Positions 9,964-19,351 of a stretch of DNA of 64,000 nucleotides are shown here, in pieces; the stretch's first letter is position 1; each line of letters opens with the position of its first letter. The notes below the pieces were generated by a model. That model saw only the letters and a program-made list of their open reading frames with translations, was not told the origin of the DNA and ran no database searches. The DNA is from Candidatus Omnitrophota bacterium. Lineage in GTDB: Bacteria > Omnitrophota > Gorgyraeia > Duberdicusellales > 4484-171. Where the stretch lies: assembly GCA_046484225.1 (NCBI GenBank), contig JAWOBO010000062.1:934-64933 (forward strand). The letters are read 5' to 3'. A program made the position numbers and the translations under genes.

Positions 9964-10853
9964 GAAATCTTTCTGATAGTTTCTTGTAAAGTAAGACTAA
10001 TTTTTTTTAATTTATTTTTTTGGCTCGAAGTTAAATCTTCCTCAAATACTTTAGCAACTCCAGTTTTATTGATAAGACACCGAGTACCTAAACAAATATT
10101 TTTTAGGCCATATTCACCGTTTAATAAAACTGATACCGGGATTATCTGATTCTTGTTATGACTGATAGCCTCGATTAGTTTACAACAAGCTAAAGAAGGC
10201 CCGAAAACAGCACTTTTATTTTTAAAAAGTTCAACAATTTTAGCGCCTCTATATTTAACTGCCTCAGTTATTTCTTTTGGAATTTTTTGCTTGCGACCAA
10301 TAGGACTAACGATCATATCTTTACTGTGTGGCCCAAAAACAAAAGCTTGGCAAGAACTAGCTGATATCCCTGTTTTTTTTGATAAAATATTAAGAAGACG
10401 ACTTGTATCTAAAGAAGAACCCATTCCAACTACTTTTTGAGCAGAGAAACCAGTCTCTTTTAAAATTAGATAAGTAATAATGTCTAAAGGATTAGTTATT
10501 GTAATAACAATACTTTTGGGGCTGTATTTTTTAATTTTTGAAGCTGCTTCTTTGGCAATACCTGCATTAATTTTTAATAAATCAAGGCGGCTCATTCCTT
10601 CTTTGCGGGGAATTCCAGCGGAAAAAACAATAATATCAGAATTTTTAATCTGTGAGTAGTTCTTAGTTCCTTTAATTTGAGTTGAGAAATCTAAAATACC
10701 GCGAGTATCCTCAAGATCACAAGCAACTGCTTTGGCTTGATCTTGATTTATATCTAATAAAACAAGCTCCTCTATCCCTAAATTATTTAAAATATTAAAG
10801 GCTAAATTAGAACCTACTCCTCCGGTTCCAATAATTGATATTTTTCTAATCAT
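9960..10853 (-). CDS. mdh: Malate dehydrogenase (LDH-like MDH family)
   Basis: GTGGVGS NAD-binding motif; GIPRKEGMSRLDLL (the Arg typical of MDH rather than LDH). Confidence 0.7.
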   Translation of the reverse strand: MIRKISIIGTGGVGSNLAFNILNNLGIEELVLLDINQDQAKAVACDLEDTRGILDFSTQIKGTKNYSQIKNSDIIVFSAGIPRKEGMSRLDLLKINAGIAKEAASKIKKYSPKSIVITITNPLDIITYLILKETGFSAQKVVGMGSSLDTSRLLNILSKKTGISASSCQAFVFGPHSKDMIVSPIGRKQKIPKEITEAVKYRGAKIVELFKNKSAVFGPSLACCKLIEAISHNKNQIIPVSVLLNGEYGLKNICLGTRCLINKTGVAKVFEEDLTSSQKNKLKKISLTLQETIRKIS

Positions 10854-10854
10854 T

Positions 10855-11943
10855 TTAAAAACTTTTTATTTTTTTAGCTACAGCTTCAGCAAACTCCTGC
10901 GTACCAACTGCAGTAGGATCGTCACGATCAAGCTTTAGGTCGTAAGTTAAAAATTTAGCTTCTTTAATTACTGCAGCAACAGCTTTTTCTAACTTCAATG
11001 CCTTTTCTGTCTCACCTAGATATTTAATCATCAAAGCTGCTGATAAAATCGTAGCAACAGGATTTACTTTATTTTTTCCCGCGTGCCGAGGAGCACTTCC
11101 GTGAGTCGGTTCAAATACTGCTATGGTTTGGCCAATATTTGCCCCCGGCGCAAGGCCAAGCCCCCCTACTAATCCTGCTCCTAAATCAGAAATTATATCT
11201 CCATAAAGATTGGGCAAAACCAACATATCAAAATTTTCTGGTTTTTGGGTAAGTTGCATAGCTAAATTATCAACTATAACATCATTATAATCAATTTTAT
11301 CCTTATATTTTTGTGCAACCTGCATAAAACTATCTAAAAAAAGGCCATCGCTATATTTCATAATATTTGCCTTATGAATACAGCTAACTTTTTTTCGACC
11401 ATTTTTCAGAGCATACTCAAAAGCAAACTTTGTTACTCTTTCTGAAGCACTTCTGGAGATTGGTTTAATAGATATTGCACTACCTGGCCTAACTTCCTTT
11501 TGCGAAATCTTGTTTATAGTTTCAACTAATTTATCTGTATCTGAGTCTTTTTCTTTAAATTCCACCCCGGCATAAAGATCTTCGGTATTTTCACGAATAA
11601 TTACTAAATCTATGTTTTTATACAAAGCCTTGGGGCTGTTAAAAGACTTAATCGGGCGAAGGCATACATATAAATCAAAAAATTGCCTTATAGCAACATT
11701 AATTGAACGAAAACCACTACCTACCGGTGTTGTGATCGGCCCCTTTAAAGCTACTTTATTTTTCTTAATTGACTCAATAGTATCCTTGGGAAGTAACTCT
11801 CCACCTTGATCCACAGAAGTTTTACCGGCGATTCTTTTGTCCCATTCAATATCTAAACCAAGTGCATCTACACACACCAAAGCAGCTTGAGTAACCTCTG
11901 GGCCAATTCCATCACCAGGAATAAGAGTAACTTTATAACTCAT
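10855..11943 (-). CDS. Isocitrate/isopropylmalate dehydrogenase family (beta-decarboxylating dehydrogenase); substrate not resolvable by eye
   Basis: LIPGDGIGPEV N-terminus, GSGFRSINVAIRQ substrate loop, NLYGDIISD; 362 aa. Confidence 0.8.
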   Translation of the reverse strand: MSYKVTLIPGDGIGPEVTQAALVCVDALGLDIEWDKRIAGKTSVDQGGELLPKDTIESIKKNKVALKGPITTPVGSGFRSINVAIRQFFDLYVCLRPIKSFNSPKALYKNIDLVIIRENTEDLYAGVEFKEKDSDTDKLVETINKISQKEVRPGSAISIKPISRSASERVTKFAFEYALKNGRKKVSCIHKANIMKYSDGLFLDSFMQVAQKYKDKIDYNDVIVDNLAMQLTQKPENFDMLVLPNLYGDIISDLGAGLVGGLGLAPGANIGQTIAVFEPTHGSAPRHAGKNKVNPVATILSAALMIKYLGETEKALKLEKAVAAVIKEAKFLTYDLKLDRDDPTAVGTQEFAEAVAKKIKSF

Positions 11944-11945
11944 AG

Positions 11946-12443
11946 TTAAATCGAAAATCCTTTATGTTTGTCTAAATAGTTAAAAATACCCTTAGATTTT
12001 ATCAACTCCTTTTGAAATTCATTCCAAGGGTTAAAGGTAGACACCAGCTTATTCTTTTTTTTAATTTTTCCCTTATCTAAGTCCATAGTTATATTATCAG
12101 ATTCTTTAAGTGGATCAGTATCTGCTTCTACCAAAGCAAGTCCAATATTAAATGCATTACGATAAAAAATGCGGGCAAAACTTTTAGCAACAACACAAAT
12201 TATCCCGGCCTCTTTTATCACCCACGGAGCTTGTTCTCGAGATGACCCCATTCCAAAATTATCACCTGCAGCAATTATAGATTTATTGGCAACTACTTCC
12301 TGATAAAAATTAGGACGTATATCTTCAAATAAATAATGAGCCAGCTCTTTCATATCAGTTATAGAAAACTTATAACGTCCAGAAATTATCCAATCTGTAT
12401 TGATGTTGTCGCCAAACTTAAATATTCTACCTTTTAAAATCAT
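11946..12443 (-). CDS. Aconitase-family hydro-lyase small subunit (LeuD-like, archaeal-type short form)
   Basis: 165 aa, GDNINTDWIISGRY, SFARIFYRNAFNIGL. Confidence 0.8.
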   Translation of the reverse strand: MILKGRIFKFGDNINTDWIISGRYKFSITDMKELAHYLFEDIRPNFYQEVVANKSIIAAGDNFGMGSSREQAPWVIKEAGIICVVAKSFARIFYRNAFNIGLALVEADTDPLKESDNITMDLDKGKIKKKNKLVSTFNPWNEFQKELIKSKGIFNYLDKHKGFSI

Positions 12444-12445
12444 CT

Positions 12446-13492
12446 TTATAAACTATTAAATTCTGCTAAATTTTTTACTTTTCTCAAAGCTGCCTCTTTG
12501 GTAATTAATCCTTTTTTATAAAAAGTTTTTAGGCATTTATCCATAGTGTACATCTGGTGTTGCCCTCCCATCTGAATTAAAGAGGGAATTTGAGCAATAT
12601 CATTTTCTCTGATTAAATTCCTTATTCCCGGAGTTGAAATCATCACCTCTGTAGCTAGTATCCTCCCTTTACTTTCAGCCCGGCGCAATAAAACTTGTGA
12701 AATAACCGCCTGAAGACTTTCAGCAAGCTGAACAGTTACCTGTCTTTGCTGATGAGGAGGAAATACATCTATAATCCTTTGTATAGTTTGAGGAGCATCC
12801 GGTGTATGTAAGGTTGCAAGTACAAGATGGCCGGTTTCTGCTGCCGTTAAGGCTGTGGCAATAGTTTCAAGATCTCTCATCTCCCCTACCACCATAACAT
12901 CCGGATCTTGCCTGAGCCCCCTTTTTAAAGCTTCGGGAAAAGAATTAGTATCAGCAAAAACTTCTCTTTGCTTGATAATGCTTTTTTGATTTTTATAAAT
13001 AAACTCTATTGGATCCTCGATAGAAACAATAAGCTCTTTTCTGTGTTTGTTAATAAAATCAACCATCGCAGCTAGACTTGTACTTTTTCCGGTTCCAGTT
13101 GGCCCAGTAACTAAAATCAAACCGTTTGGTTTTTTTATTAAATCATAAACAATATCCGGTAATCCTAATGATTCAATAGATGGAATTTTTTTAGGAACTC
13201 TTCTTAGGGCTGCCTCAACGTTGCCCCGTTGATAATGAACATTTATCCGATAACGATCCATATCAGGTAAAGTGAAAGAAAAATCTAGTTCCCGATTTTT
13301 TTCAAAAGCAGCTTTTCTCTCATCATTAATCATACTATAGATTAATGATTTAGAACTTTCTTTAGTTAAAGGCTCCAACTCGGTAATAACTAACTCTCCA
13401 TCTATGCGTAAGATTGGAGGAAGCCCTACTGTAAAATGAATATCACTAGCGCTTTTACTCTCAGCTAACTTTAAAATATCATTTATCCGCAT
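12446..13492 (-). CDS. pilT: Type IV pilus retraction ATPase PilT (twitching motility protein)
   Basis: 348 aa, SDIHFTVGLPP..., GPTGTGKSTSLAAMVDFIN Walker A, His/Asp boxes; embedded between the LeuD-like and LeuC-like genes. Confidence 0.85.
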   Translation of the reverse strand: MRINDILKLAESKSASDIHFTVGLPPILRIDGELVITELEPLTKESSKSLIYSMINDERKAAFEKNRELDFSFTLPDMDRYRINVHYQRGNVEAALRRVPKKIPSIESLGLPDIVYDLIKKPNGLILVTGPTGTGKSTSLAAMVDFINKHRKELIVSIEDPIEFIYKNQKSIIKQREVFADTNSFPEALKRGLRQDPDVMVVGEMRDLETIATALTAAETGHLVLATLHTPDAPQTIQRIIDVFPPHQQRQVTVQLAESLQAVISQVLLRRAESKGRILATEVMISTPGIRNLIRENDIAQIPSLIQMGGQHQMYTMDKCLKTFYKKGLITKEAALRKVKNLAEFNSL

Positions 13493-13503
13493 AAATAACC
13501 TCC

Positions 13504-14757
13504 CTAAGTTAGGATTTTGCGCGGGTCAGTAATTTCTCCTTTAATAGCTGATGCTACTACTGTCGCCGGAGAAGCCAAATAGATAAAAGCATTGGGATTA
13601 CCCATTCTTCCCTTAAAATTTCTATTTGCTGTAGAAATTGCTACTTCCCCATCCGCTAAAACTCCTTGATGGGTTCCTACACAAGGACCACACCCTGTGG
13701 GCAAAATAATTCCACCGGATTCTACAAATTTCTTTATGTAACCTCTATCCAGTGCTTTTTGGAATACAGCTCGGGAAGCCGGTGCAACTAGAAATTTAAC
13801 CCGAGGATGAATCTTATTTTTTGCTAGAATTTCTGCAGCTATTTTTAAATCTTCCAAACGCCCATTAGTACACGTTCCTAAAAAAGCCTGATCGATTTTT
13901 TTCCCTTTAATCTCTTCAATTGGTACACCGTTGTCAACATCATGAGGACAAGCTACATAAGGAGAGATTTTTGTAATATCAAATTCAATCACTTTTTCAT
14001 AGTTGCAATTTTTATCAGGAAAAATAGTGTTGTATTTTTTAACCCCTAATTTTTTTAAAAACTTTTTTGCTTTTTCATCAACCGGCATTAAACCATTTTT
14101 AGCCCCAAACTCAATAGTCATATTAGTTATAGTAAAACGTGCGTCCATTGAAAGCTTATCAACTACTTCTCCAGAGAATTCAATTGACTTGTAGGTGGCT
14201 CCATTTGAACCTAACTTGTTTATTATATAAAGAATGATATCTTTGCTATAGACCCCAAAAGGGACCTTTCCTTTAATGATTATTTTGTAGGTTTGAGGAA
14301 TTTTAAACCAATTTTTACCTGTAGAAAGTGTAACTGCTAAATCAGTAGATCCCACTCCCATGGCTAAAGTTCCTAAAGCTCCTGCAGTTGAAGTGTGAGA
14401 GTCAGCACCTAACACAAGATTGCCCGGCACAGCAAAACCTTCTTCAATAATTAATTGATGCGATACACCGCAACCAACATCAAAAAGAAGATTTTTATGC
14501 TTTTGCCTAAATTGACGCATGCGTGAATGAACCCTTGATACACCCAGATTAGGAGATGGGCTGCTATGATCAATAAACATTGCGTATTTTTTAGGATTGA
14601 GAATATTTTTTTTTGATTTGGCGAGGCTATCTAAGACTAAGGCTGATGTCCCATCTTGAGAAAAACAAAAATCTACTTGGCAAACCCCTACATTCCCGGC
14701 TTTAAGAGTTTTTTTGGCATGATTCGAAAATATTTTTTCTGCAATAGTTTGTGGCAT
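13504..14757 (-). CDS. Aconitase-family hydro-lyase large subunit (LeuC-like / homoaconitase type)
   Basis: 417 aa, aconitase-family Fe-S ligand region (GTCTNGR, GCGPCVG); pairs with the LeuD-like gene. Confidence 0.8.
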   Translation of the reverse strand: MPQTIAEKIFSNHAKKTLKAGNVGVCQVDFCFSQDGTSALVLDSLAKSKKNILNPKKYAMFIDHSSPSPNLGVSRVHSRMRQFRQKHKNLLFDVGCGVSHQLIIEEGFAVPGNLVLGADSHTSTAGALGTLAMGVGSTDLAVTLSTGKNWFKIPQTYKIIIKGKVPFGVYSKDIILYIINKLGSNGATYKSIEFSGEVVDKLSMDARFTITNMTIEFGAKNGLMPVDEKAKKFLKKLGVKKYNTIFPDKNCNYEKVIEFDITKISPYVACPHDVDNGVPIEEIKGKKIDQAFLGTCTNGRLEDLKIAAEILAKNKIHPRVKFLVAPASRAVFQKALDRGYIKKFVESGGIILPTGCGPCVGTHQGVLADGEVAISTANRNFKGRMGNPNAFIYLASPATVVASAIKGEITDPRKILT

Positions 14758-14801
14758 ACAAATAACCGGTTATCAAGAAATAGTTGCAATATTTTTTTTG
14801 A

Positions 14802-15959
14802 TTATAATTTTTTAACAAAATTATTAATTCGCTCTAGACCTTTTCTAATCTGCTCTAAACTAGCAGAAAAGCTAATTCTAATAAAACCTTCTTTACCAAA
14901 AGAATCAGCTGGTATGCAGGAAACAAGTTCTTCTTCTAATAACCGGGAACAAAAATCAAAAGAAGTTAAACCTGTTTCTCTAATATCACAAAACATATAG
15001 AAAGTTCCTTCAGGCTTAAACGGCTTTATCTTGGGAGTTCCATTTAACCCCTTATACAACAGGTCTCTTCTCTTTTCAAACTTCAAACCAATCTGATCCT
15101 GCCATTTTCTATCTCCTAGTGCCGCCAAAGCTGCAGCTTGAGAGACAGAACACGGACATGAAGTGGTATGGCCTACAATCTTTGAAATCTCCTTTACTAA
15201 CTCTTTATTCGCTGCCAGATAACCAACCCGCCAACCAGTCATAGCGAAGCTTTTTGAAAACCCCCCTATGGTTAAAGTTTTATCTTGCATTGAATCTAAG
15301 CTAGCAAAACTAATGTGTTCTCTTTTGTCATAAACTAAAACTTCATAGATTTCATCACTTACAACTTGGATATTAGCATCTTTTATAACTTTTGAAATCT
15401 CTATGAGTTCCTTTTTGCTATAAGTTACTCCGGTGGGATTGTTGGGATAGTTAAAAATAAGGACTTTTGTCTTATCAGTTATTGCTTTTCTTAAAGCTGT
15501 GGGGGTCAATTTAAAATTATTTTGTTCTGTCAACTCAACAAACTTAGCTTTGGCAGGAGTAAGTTTAACCATCTCCGGATAACTCACCCAATAAGGTAAG
15601 GGAATAAGAACTTCATCTCCCGGTGAGACCAAAGACAATAAAGCTATAAAAACAGCATATTTTGCTCCGGAGGTAACAATAATATTTTCTTTATCAGCTA
15701 AAATACCATTGTTAGTTTTTAATTTATTAGCAATTGCTTCTTTTAGCCTGTTGTCACCAGAAGAGGGGGTATATTTAGTAAAACCCTCATCAATAGCAAC
15801 TTTTGCAGCTGTTTTTATAAAATCCGGAGTATCAAAATCAGGTTCCCCAGCTGCAAAATTTACAACATCCTTACCTTGTTTTTTTATTTGTTTAGTTAAG
15901 GCAGTAATTTTTAAAGTAGCTGATTTCGTTAAAGATAAAATTTGTGGATTTATTGACAT
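14802..15959 (-). CDS. Class I/II pyridoxal-phosphate aminotransferase (aspartate aminotransferase-like)
   Basis: 385 aa; NNPTGV, SKSFAMTGWRVGY Lys-PLP region. Confidence 0.8.
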   Translation of the reverse strand: MSINPQILSLTKSATLKITALTKQIKKQGKDVVNFAAGEPDFDTPDFIKTAAKVAIDEGFTKYTPSSGDNRLKEAIANKLKTNNGILADKENIIVTSGAKYAVFIALLSLVSPGDEVLIPLPYWVSYPEMVKLTPAKAKFVELTEQNNFKLTPTALRKAITDKTKVLIFNYPNNPTGVTYSKKELIEISKVIKDANIQVVSDEIYEVLVYDKREHISFASLDSMQDKTLTIGGFSKSFAMTGWRVGYLAANKELVKEISKIVGHTTSCPCSVSQAAALAALGDRKWQDQIGLKFEKRRDLLYKGLNGTPKIKPFKPEGTFYMFCDIRETGLTSFDFCSRLLEEELVSCIPADSFGKEGFIRISFSASLEQIRKGLERINNFVKKL

Positions 15960-15965
15960 ATCAAT

Positions 15966-16475
15966 TTAGGATTTTTTCTCTTTTTTAAACATTTTTTTAA
16001 AACCAGATAAACCTTTTTTCTTAGAAGCTTCTTCCTTTGTTTCTTTTTTTTCTGCCTGTTCTGGTTTTACTGGTTTAGTTTTAGTTTTTGTAGCTGTCTT
16101 TTCTTTAACCTTTTTAGCGCCCATTTTAGTTAACTCTATCTGTGACAACAAAGCCCCATCACTTTTTCTAAAACCAAGATTATAGATACGACTGTAACCG
16201 CCTTGGCCATCACGAAAACGAGGCCCAATTTCATCAAAAAGCTTTTTTACCAAAGAATGATCACCAATTATCTTAAAAGCTTGACGCCTAGCAGAAAGAT
16301 TATCTTTTTGCGCCAAAGTAATTATTTTATCAATATGAACTTTTAACATCTTAGCCTTTGGAGCGGTCGTTTTGATCTTTTCGCTAATAATTATTGCCCT
16401 AAGCAAAGATTTAACTAATGCTTTTCTTTGCCCCCGCGAACGTGATAATTTATTTCCTTTTCGTTTATGCCTCAT
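15966..16475 (-). CDS. rplQ: 50S ribosomal protein L17 with a ~50-aa Lys/Glu-rich C-terminal tail
   Basis: MRHKRKGNKLSRSRGQRKAL...; follows rpoA. Confidence 0.9.
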   Translation of the reverse strand: MRHKRKGNKLSRSRGQRKALVKSLLRAIIISEKIKTTAPKAKMLKVHIDKIITLAQKDNLSARRQAFKIIGDHSLVKKLFDEIGPRFRDGQGGYSRIYNLGFRKSDGALLSQIELTKMGAKKVKEKTATKTKTKPVKPEQAEKKETKEEASKKKGLSGFKKMFKKEKKS

Positions 16476-16478
16476 ACT

Positions 16479-17465
16479 TTATACCTTCTTCATTTTTTCT
16501 TCATCAATATTCATTCCAAAAGAAAGACCCATTGTTTTTAGAAGAGCCCCGACTTCATTTAAAGATTTTTTTCCAAAATTCCGATAAGCTAAAATTTCCG
16601 GCTCAGTTTTTGTTACTAGCTCTGCTAAAGTCTTTATATTAGCTTCCCGTAGACAGTTGGCACTTCTAACTGAAAGTTCTAATTCAGAGACTGGTAACTT
16701 AAGTTTTTCATACAAAGAAATTTCTTCTGGAGTAAGTTCTTCATAATCTTCTTCCGGTAGTTCACCTAAAGTAAAGAAAAGCTCAAGATGTTTGTTTAAA
16801 ACCTTAGAAGCATAAATTAATGCTTCCTTAGGTTCAATACTAGCATCAGTAAAAATTTCTAAAATTAACTTATCATAGTCGGTTCTTTTTCCAACTCGAG
16901 TATTTTCGACTTTAAAAGCAACTCGTTTAACAGGAGTAAAGATTGAATCAATTGCAATGACTCCAATCGGCATATCTTCTCTTTTATTAGCTTCAGCCGG
17001 AACAAACCCACGGCCTCGCCCCACTTCCATTTCAATGTTAAGTTTTTTTCCAGCATCAGTGATCGTAGCAATATGATGATCAGGATTTACTATCTCAATT
17101 GTTTCGTCGGTAACAATATCTCTGGCTTTAATCTCTTTTTCCCCTTCAGCTTTAACATGAATTTTTTTCGGAGAACGAGAGTAAGCACGCAAAGTAAGTC
17201 CTTTTATGTTTAAAATGATTTCGGGTAAATCTTCTAAAACCCCATCTATTGGAGAGAATTCATGCCGGGCTTCTTTAATGTTGATTGATGTAACAGCAGA
17301 ACCCTCTATCGAAGAAAGAAGAACACGCCGCAAAGAATTACCAAGAGTCACCCCGTAACCCCTTTCCAAAGGATCTGCTATAAATTTACCATAGGTTGGA
17401 CTATAACTATCTTGGTCAACGGTTATTCTTTTTGGAAATTGAAAATCCCTCCAACTTATTCCCAT
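16479..17465 (-). CDS. rpoA: DNA-directed RNA polymerase alpha subunit
   Basis: 328 aa; N-terminal domain and C-terminal domain (ELSVRSANCL). Confidence 0.95.
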   Translation of the reverse strand: MGISWRDFQFPKRITVDQDSYSPTYGKFIADPLERGYGVTLGNSLRRVLLSSIEGSAVTSINIKEARHEFSPIDGVLEDLPEIILNIKGLTLRAYSRSPKKIHVKAEGEKEIKARDIVTDETIEIVNPDHHIATITDAGKKLNIEMEVGRGRGFVPAEANKREDMPIGVIAIDSIFTPVKRVAFKVENTRVGKRTDYDKLILEIFTDASIEPKEALIYASKVLNKHLELFFTLGELPEEDYEELTPEEISLYEKLKLPVSELELSVRSANCLREANIKTLAELVTKTEPEILAYRNFGKKSLNEVGALLKTMGLSFGMNIDEEKMKKV

Positions 17466-17488
17466 AATTTTTCCTCCTCTATATTGAT

Positions 17489-18118
17489 TTACTTAGAATA
17501 AAGTTCAACAATTAACTGTTCTTGTATCGGTATAGTAAGATCTTCCTTAGTGGGTAATCTTTTTATTGTAATTTTATAGTTTTGATTATCAACACTAAGC
17601 CATTCCGGTATACTTTTTTCTTTTTCACTTATTTGGATATTTTCTTTTATTAAATTTTTAAGCCCCTCGTCTATTCTAAATTCAATCACTTGATCTTTTT
17701 TAATTAAGAATGAGGGGATATCAACTCTCCGGTTGTCAATAAAAACAAACCCATGACGGACCAATTGCCTGGCTTGAGATCTTGACAATGCAAAAAGTGA
17801 CCTAAAAATTATGTTGTCTAATCTTCTTTCAAGCTGCTGAACTAAAATTTGCCCCGTAGCTCCTTCAGATTTATGAGCTATTTCAAAAAATCTTCTAAAT
17901 TGACGTTCAAGCAGCCCATAAATATTTTTTGCTTTTTGTTTTTCACGCAGCTGTAAAGCATAGTAAGAAGGTTTAGACCTTTGCCTCCTTTGCATCCCGG
18001 GAGGAGTTGGCCTTTTAGCTACAGCACATTTTTCCGTTAAACATCTGATACCTTTGAGGTACAACTTCATTCCCGCTCTCCGGCATAATTTACATTTTGG
18101 TCTTAAATCTCTTGCCAT
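17489..18118 (-). CDS. rpsD: 30S ribosomal protein S4 (zinc-binding form)
   Basis: MARDLRPKCKLCRR...C...C; S4 domain. Confidence 0.9.
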   Translation of the reverse strand: MARDLRPKCKLCRRAGMKLYLKGIRCLTEKCAVAKRPTPPGMQRRQRSKPSYYALQLREKQKAKNIYGLLERQFRRFFEIAHKSEGATGQILVQQLERRLDNIIFRSLFALSRSQARQLVRHGFVFIDNRRVDIPSFLIKKDQVIEFRIDEGLKNLIKENIQISEKEKSIPEWLSVDNQNYKITIKRLPTKEDLTIPIQEQLIVELYSK

Positions 18119-18195
18119 ATAATTTCTCCTATTATTTATTAACCATTTTCTCTTTATTTATTCTATCGACCATAGACTATCGACTATGGACTTTA

Positions 18196-18594
18196 TTAGA
18201 CTCTTCTTTTTTTCTTCAGCCTACAACCATTATGCGGAGCAGGACTCGCTACTTTGACCCGCTTTACATCTAGGCCGGCAGCTGAAAGAGCTCTGATAGC
18301 TGATTCACGTCCCGGGCCTGGCCCCTTAATCAAAACATCAACTTCTCTTAACCCCATAGCTTTGGTAGCTTTAGCGACCTCTAAGGAAGTAATTTGAGCT
18401 GCATAAGGTGTTGATTTCCGTGCTCCTTTAAATCCTATCCCTCCAGCCGACTTCCAGGCTAAAACGTTTCCGCCTAGATCTGTTATTGAAACAATTGTAT
18501 TATTAAAAGTAGCCTTTATCCTCGCTACACCGGCTGAAGACTTAAGCTGAATCTTCCTCTTTTTTCTTTCTTTTCTTTTTGGTTTCTTAGCCAT
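18196..18594 (-). CDS. rpsK: 30S ribosomal protein S11
   Basis: [16 protein letters not shown]... Confidence 0.9.
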   Translation of the reverse strand: MAKKPKRKERKKRKIQLKSSAGVARIKATFNNTIVSITDLGGNVLAWKSAGGIGFKGARKSTPYAAQITSLEVAKATKAMGLREVDVLIKGPGPGRESAIRALSAAGLDVKRVKVASPAPHNGCRLKKKRRV

Positions 18595-18615
18595 AAAACT
18601 CCTTTAAGGTATTAA

Positions 18616-18984
18616 TTACCTTCTTTGCCCTCCAACCCGAGATTTAGGGCCCTTTTTAGTTCGGGCGTTACAACGAGTGCGTTGGCCTCTGACCGGTAAA
18701 CCTTTTTTGTGCCGCATCCCCTTGTAAGACTTAATCTCAATTAATCTTCTAATATCCTGAGAAATTTGGCGTCTCAATTCGCCTTCGACAGTATAGTTAG
18801 ACTGAATATATTTGGCAAGCTGAGAAACTTCTTCATCTTTGAGGTCTCCAGCTTTCCTTTCAGGATCAATCTCTGTATTCTTTAAAATTTCATCAGCTTT
18901 CTGAGGACCAACCCCATAAACATAACGCAAAGAAATTTTTATTTTTTTATTTTTTGGAATATCTACCCCTAATATTCTTGGCAT
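18616..18984 (-). CDS. rpsM: 30S ribosomal protein S13
   Basis: MPRILGVDIP..., 122 aa. Confidence 0.9.
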   Translation of the reverse strand: MPRILGVDIPKNKKIKISLRYVYGVGPQKADEILKNTEIDPERKAGDLKDEEVSQLAKYIQSNYTVEGELRRQISQDIRRLIEIKSYKGMRHKKGLPVRGQRTRCNARTKKGPKSRVGGQRR

Positions 18985-19030
18985 TTTTACTTCACTCTCC
19001 TCTAATTTAATTCAAAAACTATCAACCTAT

Positions 19031-19066
19031 TGCTTAGCGCAAAGCGCACAGCGCTATGCTCTTTGC
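19031..19066. repeat. GC-rich hairpin repeat, family C copy 1 (TAGCGCAAAGCGC...AGCGCTATGCTCTTTGC) between rpmJ and rpsM
   Basis: Near-identical to 42576-42612; nested inverted repeats (AGCGC-AAA-GCGCT). Confidence 0.75.
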
Positions 19067-19069
19067 AAA

Positions 19070-19183
19070 TTAGCCTTGCCGTTGCTTATGCTTAGGGTTT
19101 TTACAAATCACCCTTACAACCCCTTTTCTTTTTATTAATTTACATTTATTACAAACTCTTTTTACCGAACTTTTAACCTTCAT
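19070..19183 (-). CDS. rpmJ: 50S ribosomal protein L36 (not in the ORF track; 37 aa)
   Basis: Hand translation gives [37 protein letters not shown]; canonical position upstream of rpsM. Confidence 0.9.
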   Translation of the reverse strand: MKVKSSVKRVCNKCKLIKRKGVVRVICKNPKHKQRQG

Positions 19184-19275
19184 TGTTTTACTTCCTGTGT
19201 CTCTTTTTGTTAATCTTACCTTTATTTTTCTTGAAAAGCTTTATTTGTTATTTAAAATTATCAATGGATCAATTA

Positions 19276-19306
19276 CTGCCCTTCGGGCAGGATCTGCTTC
19301 GCAGAT
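19276..19306. promoter_or_regulatory. Two tandem hairpins (CTGCCC-TTCG-GGGCAG and ATCTGC-TTC-GCAGAT) in the adk–rpmJ spacer; candidate terminator/attenuator or processing site
   Basis: Perfect 6-bp stems with a UUCG-type loop, directly read from the sequence. Confidence 0.4.
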
Positions 19307-19351
19307 AAATTGATACATCTCTATATTTATTAATATTAATTATCTATAATA

